A stretch of 64,000 nt of DNA from Polyangiaceae bacterium (GTDB taxonomy: Bacteria; Myxococcota_A; Polyangia; Polyangiales; Polyangiaceae): the NCBI GenBank assembly GCA_965222375.1, contig CBDCTZ010000014.1:832001-896000 (forward strand), read 5' to 3'. The first letter of the stretch is position 1, and the number at the start of each line of letters is the position of its first letter. Of this stretch, positions 39,204-49,007 are shown piece by piece. The notes below the pieces were generated by a model, which was given only the letters and a program-made list of their open reading frames with translations, did no database searches and was not told where the DNA came from. Made by a program: the position numbers and the translations under genes.

Positions 39204-40773
39204 ATGAAGTGGTACGCCTCTAGCACGCACGCACGATAGATTTGGCGCTCTTGCGGCGGCGCTGCTAGTCCTTGGCGTGCTGGGCTGCGACGATCCTCGC
39301 CTCCACAACGTTCGCTTGTCGACGAGTCAGGGCACGGCGGATCGTTTCATCGGGGGGAATCACACCTACGCCTGGGGTGTGGACCAGCTCCAGCCGGCTG
39401 TCGGGCCGGCAGGCGGCGGTATCGCCTTTACCGCCGGCCATCCGGCGGCGCAGTTCCTTCTCTCACCACGGCAACAAGAACTGATGGCGTTTGACGGCGC
39501 GTGGAACCTCGGTCCGGAAGGCTTCCTTCAAGCCAGCAGGCCCATCGACCTCAGCACCGGCGACTTCACAGCTTACAACACGATTCTCGGTCACGGGGCC
39601 ATGCAGCTCCAGGGTCCTCCGGGGTACGGGAACTTCCGGGCTGCACACCTCGTTCGCTATTGGCACGGTGCATGTAGCATTCGGCTGAACTGGACGGTGG
39701 GTGACCTCGCGCTGTTTCCGTTGATCGACGAAGGGTTGGGCAGGGCGTTCGCGTGTTCGGCGAGGTATCCGGTCGAAAAAGACCCGCAGTGCGCGACCAA
39801 CAGCGAGACCTATTTTCCATGCCCGCTCGTCAAGAACACCACGCCCGGCGTGTCGATGACGAGCGCAATCGACACCGCCCAATAATACCCGCATTTTTCG
39901 AGTGAAGAGTCGACGAACCGGATGGGCTTCTTCTTTCACAACCGCTACGAAATCGGGGTCAAGTTCATCGACGCTCCGATATTCACCGCCAGCGTTAGGG
40001 TGAACCCGACCTACGAAATGCGCGCAAGCAGCGACGGATTCGTGCTGGTCAAGGAAAGCGACTTCGCACCGACGTATGTAGTCCTCATTCCCGGGAAGAA
40101 CTCTGTCAAGAACAACATCATCATTCCCGGGTTGCGGAAGAACCTGCCGATTCAGCTAGAGCAGCAGTTCCGCGACAACCTAACGATCGCGTTGGAAGAC
40201 GTTACCCCGGGGATCCCGCCGCCGTTCCAGTCGGCGTACACGGACATGATCTCGTGTGACGCGGACGAGAACCGTGACCAGCAACAGGCCACGTGCTTTG
40301 GTCAGATCGCAGGAAACCCGTTGCTTCAGCAGTATGTTCAGAACTTCATCACCTCGCTGCTGCCCGCGCCGGAGTTCCTGCCCTTTGCGATCGCAGAGGC
40401 CGCAAAATTCGTACAAGGCCCCCGCCCTGAAAACTTCACTTGCCGGCGCACCGACACAGGGGACTTCTGTGCGTTCCGCTCGATCGTCCGTCGTGTGAAT
40501 GTCTTGCCCAACGAACTCGAGCTGGTCTTGGTCCAAGATCTGGACTCCGGAGGCGCCCAAGCTGACAACGAGCGCGCGCTGTACTCCATTCTACCCTTGC
40601 TTGCCATCAACGCTGGCGTTCCCCTACCGAGCGAGCTATCGAGTTTGTGCCGCGAGCCCATACGCCCAACGCGCGGCACCATCGCGCGATACCAGAGGTC
40701 GAACGTCCCCCTACCGGAGCCGCAGAGCTGCGCTGAGTGCTATGGAGCCGACCCAGTTTGCGAACAGTTCTAG
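39204..40773 (+). pseudogene. Disrupted lipoprotein gene of about 520 codons
   Basis: RBS + ATG at 39204 is out of frame with the lipobox VLGC across a (GCAC)3 tract. ORFs 39277-39885 and 39922-40773 share one frame, separated by a single TAA. Confidence 0.65.
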
Positions 40774-40780
40774 GTTCACG

Positions 40781-41110
40781 ATGAACAACCCCGCGTCGTG
40801 CGCATTGGTGTTGGCCTTGCTGCCGAGTTGCGGCGATGCCGAGCCCCCGCGGCGAGAATTGGGTGAGGTGTGTGGCGTGGACGCGATCTGTCGCGAGGGC
40901 CTTGAATGCCGGCGTATCAGTCCTGAATCGGACAACCGGCGCCAGTGCACCACGCCCTGCGACCTGTTCGCTGCGAACCCTCACGCTCCGTGCGAAAAGT
41001 TCAGCAAGGGCGCCCGTTGTTCCAGCGGGCTGTGCATGCGCTCGTGTGAGGGCGGTTGCCCGGATTTCACCATTTGTCGCCCTTTCGGGATGGTATGCGA
41101 AGCATACTGA
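40781..41110 (+). CDS. Small Cys-rich lipoprotein
   Basis: LLPSC lipobox and more than 10 Cys residues. Confidence 0.7.
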   Translation: MNNPASCALVLALLPSCGDAEPPRRELGEVCGVDAICREGLECRRISPESDNRRQCTTPCDLFAANPHAPCEKFSKGARCSSGLCMRSCEGGCPDFTICRPFGMVCEAY

Positions 41111-42009
41111 CAGCCGTTGTTTGCGCGGCCTTCCTGCCTGGCTGCGGTGGAGTCTCCAGCGATGACTCGCCCGGTGGTTCGGGGGCAGGTGGGGCTGGCG
41201 GTGCAGGAGCGTCGGCTACCGGTGGCGCTGTGGGCACGGGGGGTACTAGCTCCGGTGGTACTGGCGCAGCCGCGCCGCGCTGTCCAACGGGGCGGGGTCC
41301 GGCGATGGCGGAGCTGTCCTTTCAGGGCTTCGAGTTCTGCATCGACACCACCGAAGTGACTGTGGCCCAGTACGCTCCGTACTTGGACGACATCGCCCAA
41401 GGCCACACTCCCGAGCAGCGCCCGGAGTGCGACTTCAACACCAACTTCGAGCCCGCGTTCAACAAGTGGATCGTTTACAAGGAACACCCAACGCATCCAA
41501 TCCGAGGTGTGGACTGGTGCGACGCAGATGCGTTTTGCCGGTGGGCGGGAAAACGCTTGTGCCGTTCCGTGGAGGGGAAGCCGATCACCTGGCAGGACTT
41601 CACTGCCACGGACAAGGACTTTCCGCCCCTCAGCAGCGAGTGGGGTGTCGCGTGCTCGTCCGGCGGGCAGTACAAATACACCTACGGCAACGAGCCCCAG
41701 CCTGGCGTTTGTGCAGACCCCACAAGTGCACCGACCAGCAACGTTCCGCCGGACCTGCCCGCGGGAGGCTTGCCCGGGTGTCAGTCTCCCGATCCAGCGT
41801 TTGCGGGTGTGTACGACCTATCCGGTCACATTCGAGAGTGGGAAGACGCTTGCGAGGCATCGACGGGCAAGGACGACTTTTGTCTTGTGCGTGGCGAAGG
41901 CCTGACTCGTGATGCGAAGCACCAGCTGTGCCTGGTGGGGGACATTCGGCCTCGGGCAAACGCCGACTTTTCGAACGGTATTCGTTGTTGCGCTGATGTT
42001 GTGCAGTGA
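41095..42009 (+). CDS. FGE-sulfatase/SUMF1-fold lipoprotein
   Basis: IDTTEVTVAQY, VDWCDADAFCRWAGKRLC, YDLSGHIREW and GIRCC. Confidence 0.88.
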   Translation: MRSILTAVVCAAFLPGCGGVSSDDSPGGSGAGGAGGAGASATGGAVGTGGTSSGGTGAAAPRCPTGRGPAMAELSFQGFEFCIDTTEVTVAQYAPYLDDIAQGHTPEQRPECDFNTNFEPAFNKWIVYKEHPTHPIRGVDWCDADAFCRWAGKRLCRSVEGKPITWQDFTATDKDFPPLSSEWGVACSSGGQYKYTYGNEPQPGVCADPTSAPTSNVPPDLPAGGLPGCQSPDPAFAGVYDLSGHIREWEDACEASTGKDDFCLVRGEGLTRDAKHQLCLVGDIRPRANADFSNGIRCCADVVQ

Positions 42010-42155
42010 TGCCCAGGCTGGGCGAGGCAGTGTGCTAGTTCACGGGCACGTCGCCGTGCGCCTTCGGCGATCTGCTGTCCGGTTCACGACCACGTGCCTG
42101 CTGGCGTGACCATCGTTTCACGCGACCTTCGCCCCTCCGGGTGCTGCGATCGCCC

Positions 42156-42767
42156 TCACCACAGGCTGTTTTTCGCGCGCTCGGGCCATTCTTCGTCGTA
42201 GGCGTCGCCGTCGATTTGTCCGCTGCTCAGGGTGTCGAGGATCTGCCCCGCGGTCGGTAGCCCTTTCGGATCGACGTACTTGTCCGGGTTCCACAGCTCT
42301 GAGCGCACGATTGCGCGGGCGCATTGGAAAAAGACGGTCTCGATGTTGACCGTGATCACGGTGCGCGGAGCCTTGCCGTCGATGGCGAAGGATTCGAGCA
42401 GATCGGCGTCCGCTCGGATCTCGGCGCGGCCGTTGATGCGCAGAGTATTGCCGACGCCCGGGATCATGAACAGCAGTGCCACCCGAGGGTCCTGAACGAT
42501 GTTGCTCAAAGAGTCGATGCGGTTGTTGCCGCGGCGGTCGGGCAACAGAAGGGTGGCGTCGTCTACGATCCTCACGAAACCGGGATGATCGCCCCGTGGT
42601 GAACAATCCAGACCTTCGGGGCCGCTGGTGGCCAGGATGGCGAAGGGAGACGCCTGAAGCAGTGCTCGGTACTCGAGGGTCAGGCGCGATACCTCCTTCA
42701 CCGTCGCGGCTTCGCGGACGGATCCATACAGGGCCTGCAGCTCCTCGAGACTACGAATCGTCGGCAT
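42156..42767 (-). CDS. Pyridoxamine 5'-phosphate oxidase-like FMN-binding protein
   Basis: DCSPRGD, PDRRGNNRIDS, TLRINGRA and QCARAIVRSELW. Confidence 0.9.
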   Translation of the reverse strand: MPTIRSLEELQALYGSVREAATVKEVSRLTLEYRALLQASPFAILATSGPEGLDCSPRGDHPGFVRIVDDATLLLPDRRGNNRIDSLSNIVQDPRVALLFMIPGVGNTLRINGRAEIRADADLLESFAIDGKAPRTVITVNIETVFFQCARAIVRSELWNPDKYVDPKGLPTAGQILDTLSSGQIDGDAYDEEWPERAKNSLW

Positions 42768-42872
42768 GGCGGCGTCAGGCTCACACGGCGCGCTGAAGCC
42801 CCGCAAGCTTCAAATCAGTGTTCTGGCTGCGCCCCGTTGCGATTGGATCGGACTGGCCTTACGGTGGCCGCG

Positions 42873-43523
42873 ATGACGACGAAAGACGATCTCGACGACG
42901 ACGCGCCCGACAACGCGGAGCGTGATGCGGACGACGCGGAGGCCGACCAGGCAGAGTCCGTTGATGCGGATTCCGACGCTGGCGAGCCGGAGGGTTCGGC
43001 AGCCGAGGACTCCGAGGCTTCTCAGGCCGAGGCAGGAGGTGGCGAGTCTGAGGATGCCGAAGCGTCGCCTCGGCTGCGCACGCGCAAGAAGAAGAGGAAG
43101 AAGAAGCGCGCTGCCCCGGCAAGGTACGACTACGCCGAACGCAGGCAAGCCCTCGAAGGCCGTTGGACGGGCGGTCACCTCTTCCTGACTGCGATCATCG
43201 CACTGGGGATCGGCGCGTTCGCCGGCTACAACTTGCGAGGGGACGGCAGCTCCGACGGCTCCGACACTACCGGCGCGGCTCTGTCAACGGATCCGGTCTC
43301 CGGAAACCCCGTGTCGCCCGTCGCCTCTGCCGCGCCCGCGGCGCCCGCTGGAGCCGACAAGTACGGCCGCGCGCCCGGCAGCGAACACTTTGGTCACGAT
43401 CATCCGCTCGATGGCGGCCCGGCCGCGCCCGCTGCTCCGGCCGCGCCCGCACCGGCTGGCACGGGTCCCGACAAGTTCGGGCGCACGCCGGGCAGCGAGC
43501 ACTACGGTCACAATCATGAGTGA
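42873..43523 (+). CDS. Hypothetical single-pass membrane protein with duplicated His motif
   Basis: Acidic N-terminus, basic patch and TM, then DKYGRAPGSEHFGHDH and DKFGRTPGSEHYGHNH. Confidence 0.75.
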   Translation: MTTKDDLDDDAPDNAERDADDAEADQAESVDADSDAGEPEGSAAEDSEASQAEAGGGESEDAEASPRLRTRKKKRKKKRAAPARYDYAERRQALEGRWTGGHLFLTAIIALGIGAFAGYNLRGDGSSDGSDTTGAALSTDPVSGNPVSPVASAAPAAPAGADKYGRAPGSEHFGHDHPLDGGPAAPAAPAAPAPAGTGPDKFGRTPGSEHYGHNHE

Positions 43524-43797
43524 CGCGCGCTGCGGGCGACGTCGCTGAAGTCGCGGTTGGCACTGTCAGGGACTGTTGCGCATGCGTCCGTTTGCTTGAC
43601 GGACGTCAGGTTGGTCTATTCAGCAGGGGAACCGATTTGGTTCCAGGGCATGACTCGGAACGTTCCGAGTTCCGCCCCGGGCCAACAAGGCGCAGTATCG
43701 CGCCGATTTGTCCCTGCCCCGAAGCTTGCGTTCGTCTTTGTGTCTGGGCGCCGCGGCCGCCGGGCTGAGACGAACTCGTGTTACGGAGCGAATTGTC

Positions 43798-45732
43798 ATG
43801 AACACATACGCGAAGGTCAGGAAAGAGATTCTTGGGGTGGCTCTCGGAGCCCTGGTCCTCGTCGCCGGTTGCGGTAGCGACTCGGACGGCGCGGGCGCCG
43901 GAGGCAAGGGCGGCACCGCGGGCAGTGGTGGCTCCGGCAACGCTGCGGGGGCATCGGGAAGCGCTGGCTCGGGTGCGAGCAGCGGCAGCGCTGGCGCTGG
44001 AGCAACCGGTGGAACGGCCGGCTCGGGAGGATCAGCGGGTAGCGGCGGCACGCCGCAAACCGGCGTGCCCTGGGAATCGAAATTCTCGCTGCCGCCCCAG
44101 GGCGCGAACGGGTTTTCAATTTTGAAACCTTCGTCGGATTCGCGCATCGTCTACGTGAGCGACTCCCAAGGCAACGATTCGACGGGTGCCACCTATTCAC
44201 CGACCAGCCCAGAGGTGGGGGCGGATCCCACGATGCCGTCGGGCAGCATCAAAGCCTACAAGTCGATCGCTACCGCCTTGGGCGCCGTGCGCAAGGATTT
44301 CCCGGATTGGGTGCTTCTGGCGCGGGGTGACACCTGGACCATCGGTTCTGCGGTCAACCCGATATCCGGACGTTCGGCAACGGAGCGGCAAGTGCTCGGC
44401 TCCTACGGCTCGGGCGCCGCGCGCCCCCTGATCAAAACAGGCACTTCCGGTGGGCTCAGGTTCTGGAAAGAGATCCGCTACGTCGCGGTTGTCGGCCTGC
44501 ACTTCCATGCGGATGGGCGTGATCCCAACTCGCCTAGCTTTGCTGGGTTCGGAAACGTCGGCTCGGCAACAGGCTTTCAGAGCTACGCGACCGCGGGCCC
44601 TGCCTCCAACCGGACCATCCTGATTGAAGACTGCGCCTTCGATTTCTACTCCAACAACACCGTTCAGGGTCCTGTGACGACCGAGGACTTCATCGTGCGG
44701 CGCAACATCATCACCAACAACTACAGTGACACTGCCCACTCCCAGGGCATGTACTCAAAGGACTCGTCCATCCTCTTGGAAGAGAACCTCTTCGACCACA
44801 ACGGTTGGTACAAGCAGTCCTACGTCCAGCTCAACGACAAGGCGGAGGGGCAAGCGACGTTTTTCAATCACAACATCTACTTCGTCAACATGCACGAGAC
44901 GATCGTGCGTCGGAATCTGTTCCTGCGGGCATCGAGCATTGGCACCAAGTTCACAGCGAACCCTCCGGGCGGCACGGATCAGGTGATGACCAGCGATCTG
45001 CTTTTGGACAACAACCTATTCGTAGAAGGCGAGATCGGGATCTCGGCGGGCGGCAACACGGACAACGACAACGGCCACCGCTGGAAGAACATGCTGATCA
45101 CCAACAATGTATTCGTCGACATCGGGCGGGGTCGTCCGACGAATCGGTCACTCGGCTGGGGCCTCGACGTCAACGACTGGGACGGCGGCAAGGTCACCGG
45201 CAACGTTTTTGCCCACTATGGTAGCGCCCAGGTCACCAACATTTACGCCATCAACGTCAAGGGGCACACCAAGGAAGTGACGCTCGACGGTAACGTGCTG
45301 CATGGGCTCGACGCCAGCCGGCACGCGGTCAAGTTCGATGGTGCGCCCAAGAGCGGACTCACCTTCACGGGCAACGAGCTCCAGTTCGCCGGGACCAACA
45401 TGCTCTTCGTCGATTCTCAGTACGTCGCGCCCGGCACCTTCGACAACAATACCTACTTCACGGCGGCCACGAACCAGCCCTTCAAAGCCAAGGGCAGCGA
45501 CGTCGACTTTCCAGGCTGGCAGGCGCAGGTTGGCGCTCCCGGCTCGAAGGTCGCGCAAGCTAGCTATCCGGATGCCGGACGTAACGTCGAGAGCTACATG
45601 ACGTCCCAAGGCAAAGCCGCGACTCTCGACGCCTTCATTGCCGAGGCGAAGAAGCAATCCAAGCGAGCCTGGAGCGGCGCCTTCACCGCCGACGCCGTCA
45701 ACAGCTACGTTCGCGCCGGATACGGTAAGTAG
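43798..45732 (+). CDS. Right-handed beta-helix lipoprotein
   Basis: LVAGC lipobox, Gly linker, IVYVSDSQGND, LLARGDTW, HSQGMY and NHNIY; Asn-rich repeats. Confidence 0.8.
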   Translation: MNTYAKVRKEILGVALGALVLVAGCGSDSDGAGAGGKGGTAGSGGSGNAAGASGSAGSGASSGSAGAGATGGTAGSGGSAGSGGTPQTGVPWESKFSLPPQGANGFSILKPSSDSRIVYVSDSQGNDSTGATYSPTSPEVGADPTMPSGSIKAYKSIATALGAVRKDFPDWVLLARGDTWTIGSAVNPISGRSATERQVLGSYGSGAARPLIKTGTSGGLRFWKEIRYVAVVGLHFHADGRDPNSPSFAGFGNVGSATGFQSYATAGPASNRTILIEDCAFDFYSNNTVQGPVTTEDFIVRRNIITNNYSDTAHSQGMYSKDSSILLEENLFDHNGWYKQSYVQLNDKAEGQATFFNHNIYFVNMHETIVRRNLFLRASSIGTKFTANPPGGTDQVMTSDLLLDNNLFVEGEIGISAGGNTDNDNGHRWKNMLITNNVFVDIGRGRPTNRSLGWGLDVNDWDGGKVTGNVFAHYGSAQVTNIYAINVKGHTKEVTLDGNVLHGLDASRHAVKFDGAPKSGLTFTGNELQFAGTNMLFVDSQYVAPGTFDNNTYFTAATNQPFKAKGSDVDFPGWQAQVGAPGSKVAQASYPDAGRNVESYMTSQGKAATLDAFIAEAKKQSKRAWSGAFTADAVNSYVRAGYGK

Positions 45733-45885
45733 CTCTCAACGAGCGTGGGTTCCTGGCAGGGTGCTCGCGAGCGGTGCGGTCCTGCCTGGTGGGTCGCCGG
45801 GAAGTGACAGTTCCCGGTGGGAGGTAGCGCTTCCGCTGGGGCAGGTCACAGCCGCAATTCTTCGACGAAAGCTCTGCTTCGCGCC

Positions 45886-45901
45886 TGGCATCTCGCTTGC
45901 A
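45886..45901 (+). promoter_or_regulatory. Candidate sigma54 -24/-12 promoter
   Basis: TGGCATCTCGCTTGCA, 17 nt before the ATG at 45919. Confidence 0.65.
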
Positions 45902-45918
45902 CATTGGGTTGTGTCACC

Positions 45919-48078
45919 ATGATAACCAACCTTTTGAATTCCTCGCGACCCTCCGTGCTCTCTGTCTTGGGTGCTGCGCTGCTCTGCGTCAGCGGCTGTG
46001 GAGATTCCGGTGACTCTTCTGGCGGACGTGCCGCCGCTGGGGGCGCAGCCGGCTCCGGTGCAAGCGCCGGAGCGGCTGGCACGGCGACGGGCGGCATGGC
46101 TGGCCAGGCTGGTGCCGGAGGCAGCGCCGGTGCAGGCGGGTCCGGCCAGTGCACCACCCCGGAGTTGGGGCCCGAGGCATTCAAGGCCATCGACAACGGA
46201 GTCCTGAACAGCGAAATCGTGATCGACGACGCGGCTGCGAAATCGGCTGACGCGGCTGCATTGGAACTGCAGGAACACTTGAAGCTCGCCACGGGTGTCG
46301 AGGTCCCGATTGTGCAGCCCCCGAACGCCGGTGACGACAGCAAACCTCGCTTCATCATTGGGCCAGGCACGATCACCGACAGCCTCAAGCTCGGTGGTCC
46401 CAAACTGGAGATCGAGGCCTTTCGCGTCGTGACAAAGGGTGACGACATCGTGTTTCTCGGCGCGGACCAGTCGGGCAGCGGCCAAAACTACAGCCCAGCG
46501 ACCCGCTGGGCGGTGCAGGACTTTCTCGATCGGCAGCTAGGAGTGCACTGGTTATGGCCTGGCCCAGCGGGCACCCACGTGCCCAAGACCGATACGGTGG
46601 TCGTGCACCACGTGGACCGGACCATTCGGCCGGCGCTGGTAGCGCGACGTTTCCGAACGAACAACTACAGCAGCATCCCGACTGAACTGAGGGAGTGGTT
46701 GATCCGGTTTCAGCTCAGTCGCCGAGAGACGACCAAGGCCGGCCACGCTTTCATTAAGTGGTGGGAGCGCTTTTCAGGCAATTCGACCACCAAGAAGTAC
46801 TTCGCGGAGGCGCCAGATGGGTCGATCAAGCTGATCAATCCGGCGCTGCCGAGCTTTTCCAAGCTGAACGTGGGCAACCCAGCGGTGCGTGACCAAATCG
46901 TCACCGACTGGAAGGCAGCAGGCGAACCCAATCAACTCAATCTCACACCGAACGATGGGTCCGGCTTCTGCTCGAGCGACGGCTCCCGGGCGATGGACAA
47001 GCTTTCCCCATCCGATCCCTACCCGTACTCGAAGGATGACGTGTGGAAGGGTGACTCGTCGGTGAGCTTGACGCGTCGCTACGTAAAATTCTGGAACCAG
47101 GTGGCGAAGCAAGTGCGGGCTGAACTCCCAGCAGCTGAGCAAGCTGACATGCAGTTCAACACCCTGGCCTACAGCAGGTATCGCTCGCCACCGCCCGCCG
47201 ACCAGCCCCTGGAGCCCGGCTTCGTCGTCGGCTTGGTGCCCAGCTACTTGGACTATCAGACCTGGGACGGTTGGGCAGCCGCCGGCGTCAAGCGGATTGG
47301 ATTGCGCCCCAATTGGTGGAACATGGGAGGCGACGCGCCGCACATCCCGCTCCACCAAATGGGCACGTACATCCAGCACGCTCAGAAGAACAAGATGGGC
47401 GCAATCGACATGGACTACCTGTTCGGCTACTGGGGCACGCAAGGCGCCAACTACTACCTAGCGGGTCGTTTGATCGTGCGTCCCGATCTCTGCATCGACC
47501 AAATTCTAGACGAATACGCCGCTGCCTTCGGCAAAGCGGCCCCTGACATTCGCAGTTATCTGGACTACTTCGAGCAGCTGACGATCAAGGCCGCCTATCC
47601 GTTTCCCGTTGGCGGAGCGGAGCCCCAAGACCCGAACGGCCTCTACGAGACTCTCCAGAAGCAACACAAATTCGTGTACCACCCGCTTCGCGGAAGTTGG
47701 GAGGTCATTCCGTACCTGTACACCGATGCGGTGTTCAAGGATGCGGAGGCGATCTTGGCCAAAGCCACGGCGGCAGTGACGCCGAACACGCCTGGGGCGA
47801 CCCGAGTTCAGTTTCTGGTCGATTCATTGGCCCACTTCAAAATGCGTCGCACGCTCATCTGTCGACTCTTCCCGAAGAAGCACGCGACCTGCGACGACGC
47901 GGGCTCTGCCGCCTGTCCCGCCAAGAGCTGCGCCAGCAGTGACGACAAGTGCCTGTACCAGGCCGCCGAGGACGCGTGGAATTGCGAGAAGGCCCGCTTG
48001 AACAGTCTCTACGGTCCAGTGGTCAGTGGGCCCGCGAAGCCCAGTCGATTGAATTCCGTTCCGGATCCGGGCGAGTAG
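45919..48078 (+). CDS. DUF4838-like lipoprotein (glycoside hydrolase-like)
   Basis: VSGC lipobox, AALELQEHLKLATG, LGVHWLWPG, PNDG, LAYSRY and YAAAFGKAA. Confidence 0.75.
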   Translation: MITNLLNSSRPSVLSVLGAALLCVSGCGDSGDSSGGRAAAGGAAGSGASAGAAGTATGGMAGQAGAGGSAGAGGSGQCTTPELGPEAFKAIDNGVLNSEIVIDDAAAKSADAAALELQEHLKLATGVEVPIVQPPNAGDDSKPRFIIGPGTITDSLKLGGPKLEIEAFRVVTKGDDIVFLGADQSGSGQNYSPATRWAVQDFLDRQLGVHWLWPGPAGTHVPKTDTVVVHHVDRTIRPALVARRFRTNNYSSIPTELREWLIRFQLSRRETTKAGHAFIKWWERFSGNSTTKKYFAEAPDGSIKLINPALPSFSKLNVGNPAVRDQIVTDWKAAGEPNQLNLTPNDGSGFCSSDGSRAMDKLSPSDPYPYSKDDVWKGDSSVSLTRRYVKFWNQVAKQVRAELPAAEQADMQFNTLAYSRYRSPPPADQPLEPGFVVGLVPSYLDYQTWDGWAAAGVKRIGLRPNWWNMGGDAPHIPLHQMGTYIQHAQKNKMGAIDMDYLFGYWGTQGANYYLAGRLIVRPDLCIDQILDEYAAAFGKAAPDIRSYLDYFEQLTIKAAYPFPVGGAEPQDPNGLYETLQKQHKFVYHPLRGSWEVIPYLYTDAVFKDAEAILAKATAAVTPNTPGATRVQFLVDSLAHFKMRRTLICRLFPKKHATCDDAGSAACPAKSCASSDDKCLYQAAEDAWNCEKARLNSLYGPVVSGPAKPSRLNSVPDPGE

Positions 48079-48144
48079 GGCGGGCGTACGGTCCTAACAA
48101 TGTTCGATTGTATGCAGGGCGGTGGCGGCGCTGCCGTCAGAAGC

Positions 48145-48744
48145 ATGAGGCCGTTGAGTGGTGCGCTCGCGCTCGTGGTCCTGGCCGCCTGTGCGACGTC
48201 CAAGGGACCCGCAGCTCCGGCCCCGGCGGCCGAGCCCTATGTCGTTCCCGAGGCGGCGCTGCCGACGGCCCAAGACCTCGAGGGAGCTCCGAATTGTGTG
48301 CGTGCGATGGCTAGGACGCGGACGTGTTTCGCTGACCAAACGAAAAACGGTGGCAAACGGACGTGCCCTCCAGGGCAGCCCAAGGCGCTGCAGCGCACGG
48401 ACCTGGGGTTGGGTGGCAAGGCGGATGTGATCCCATACCAGTTAGAGCGGGCCTGGAACGATCTTTTGAAATGCAACGTGGTGTTGAAGAGAGCAGAGCT
48501 GTCGGAAGGCGAGCGCGCCACCCTGAACGGGCTGGGTTTTCCGAACCGAGTCGGCGACCAGCAGCACACCGTGCTCTCTGGCCAGGTGAAGCTGAGCCAC
48601 CTCTTTTGCCTGTACGAGGTCGAGATCGTGAAGCTCGTGGAATGTGAAATGCCACCGCCTGTGGTGGGCGGCGACGCGCAGACCCGGCTGGATCTTCACC
48701 GGGACGTGACCGTCTTCTTTCTGAGCCGTTCTCCACTCGGGTAG
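48145..48744 (+). CDS. Hypothetical lipoprotein
   Basis: VVLAAC lipobox. Confidence 0.65.
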   Translation: MRPLSGALALVVLAACATSKGPAAPAPAAEPYVVPEAALPTAQDLEGAPNCVRAMARTRTCFADQTKNGGKRTCPPGQPKALQRTDLGLGGKADVIPYQLERAWNDLLKCNVVLKRAELSEGERATLNGLGFPNRVGDQQHTVLSGQVKLSHLFCLYEVEIVKLVECEMPPPVVGGDAQTRLDLHRDVTVFFLSRSPLG

Positions 48745-49007
48745 CGGGACCCCTCCTGAGGCGGCGGAGCCGGCGATTTGGAGGGGGTCGACCGGCCCTT
48801 GAGGGAGGCCCTCGGTACTGCCTGCTTGGGGGTGCGCGTCGGGGTCGGGCGGGGGGAGGCACCCAAAACACCAATCCGCCTGACGGGTGTGGTTCGGTGT
48901 CACAGATCTGGGCTCCCGCCAGTTCACGGTCCTCGGCGGTTTCCAAACAATTGCTCGGCACTGAGGCCGGGCATGGGCGTTGCATTCGTCTTGTCGTCGT
49001 GGCGTGG

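Noticed and set aside
38637..42009. Diversity-generating retroelement (Avd-like gene near an FGE-sulfatase-fold gene)
   Set aside because: No reverse transcriptase, and I found no template repeat matching the 3' end of the FGE-fold gene, including in 38985-39203.
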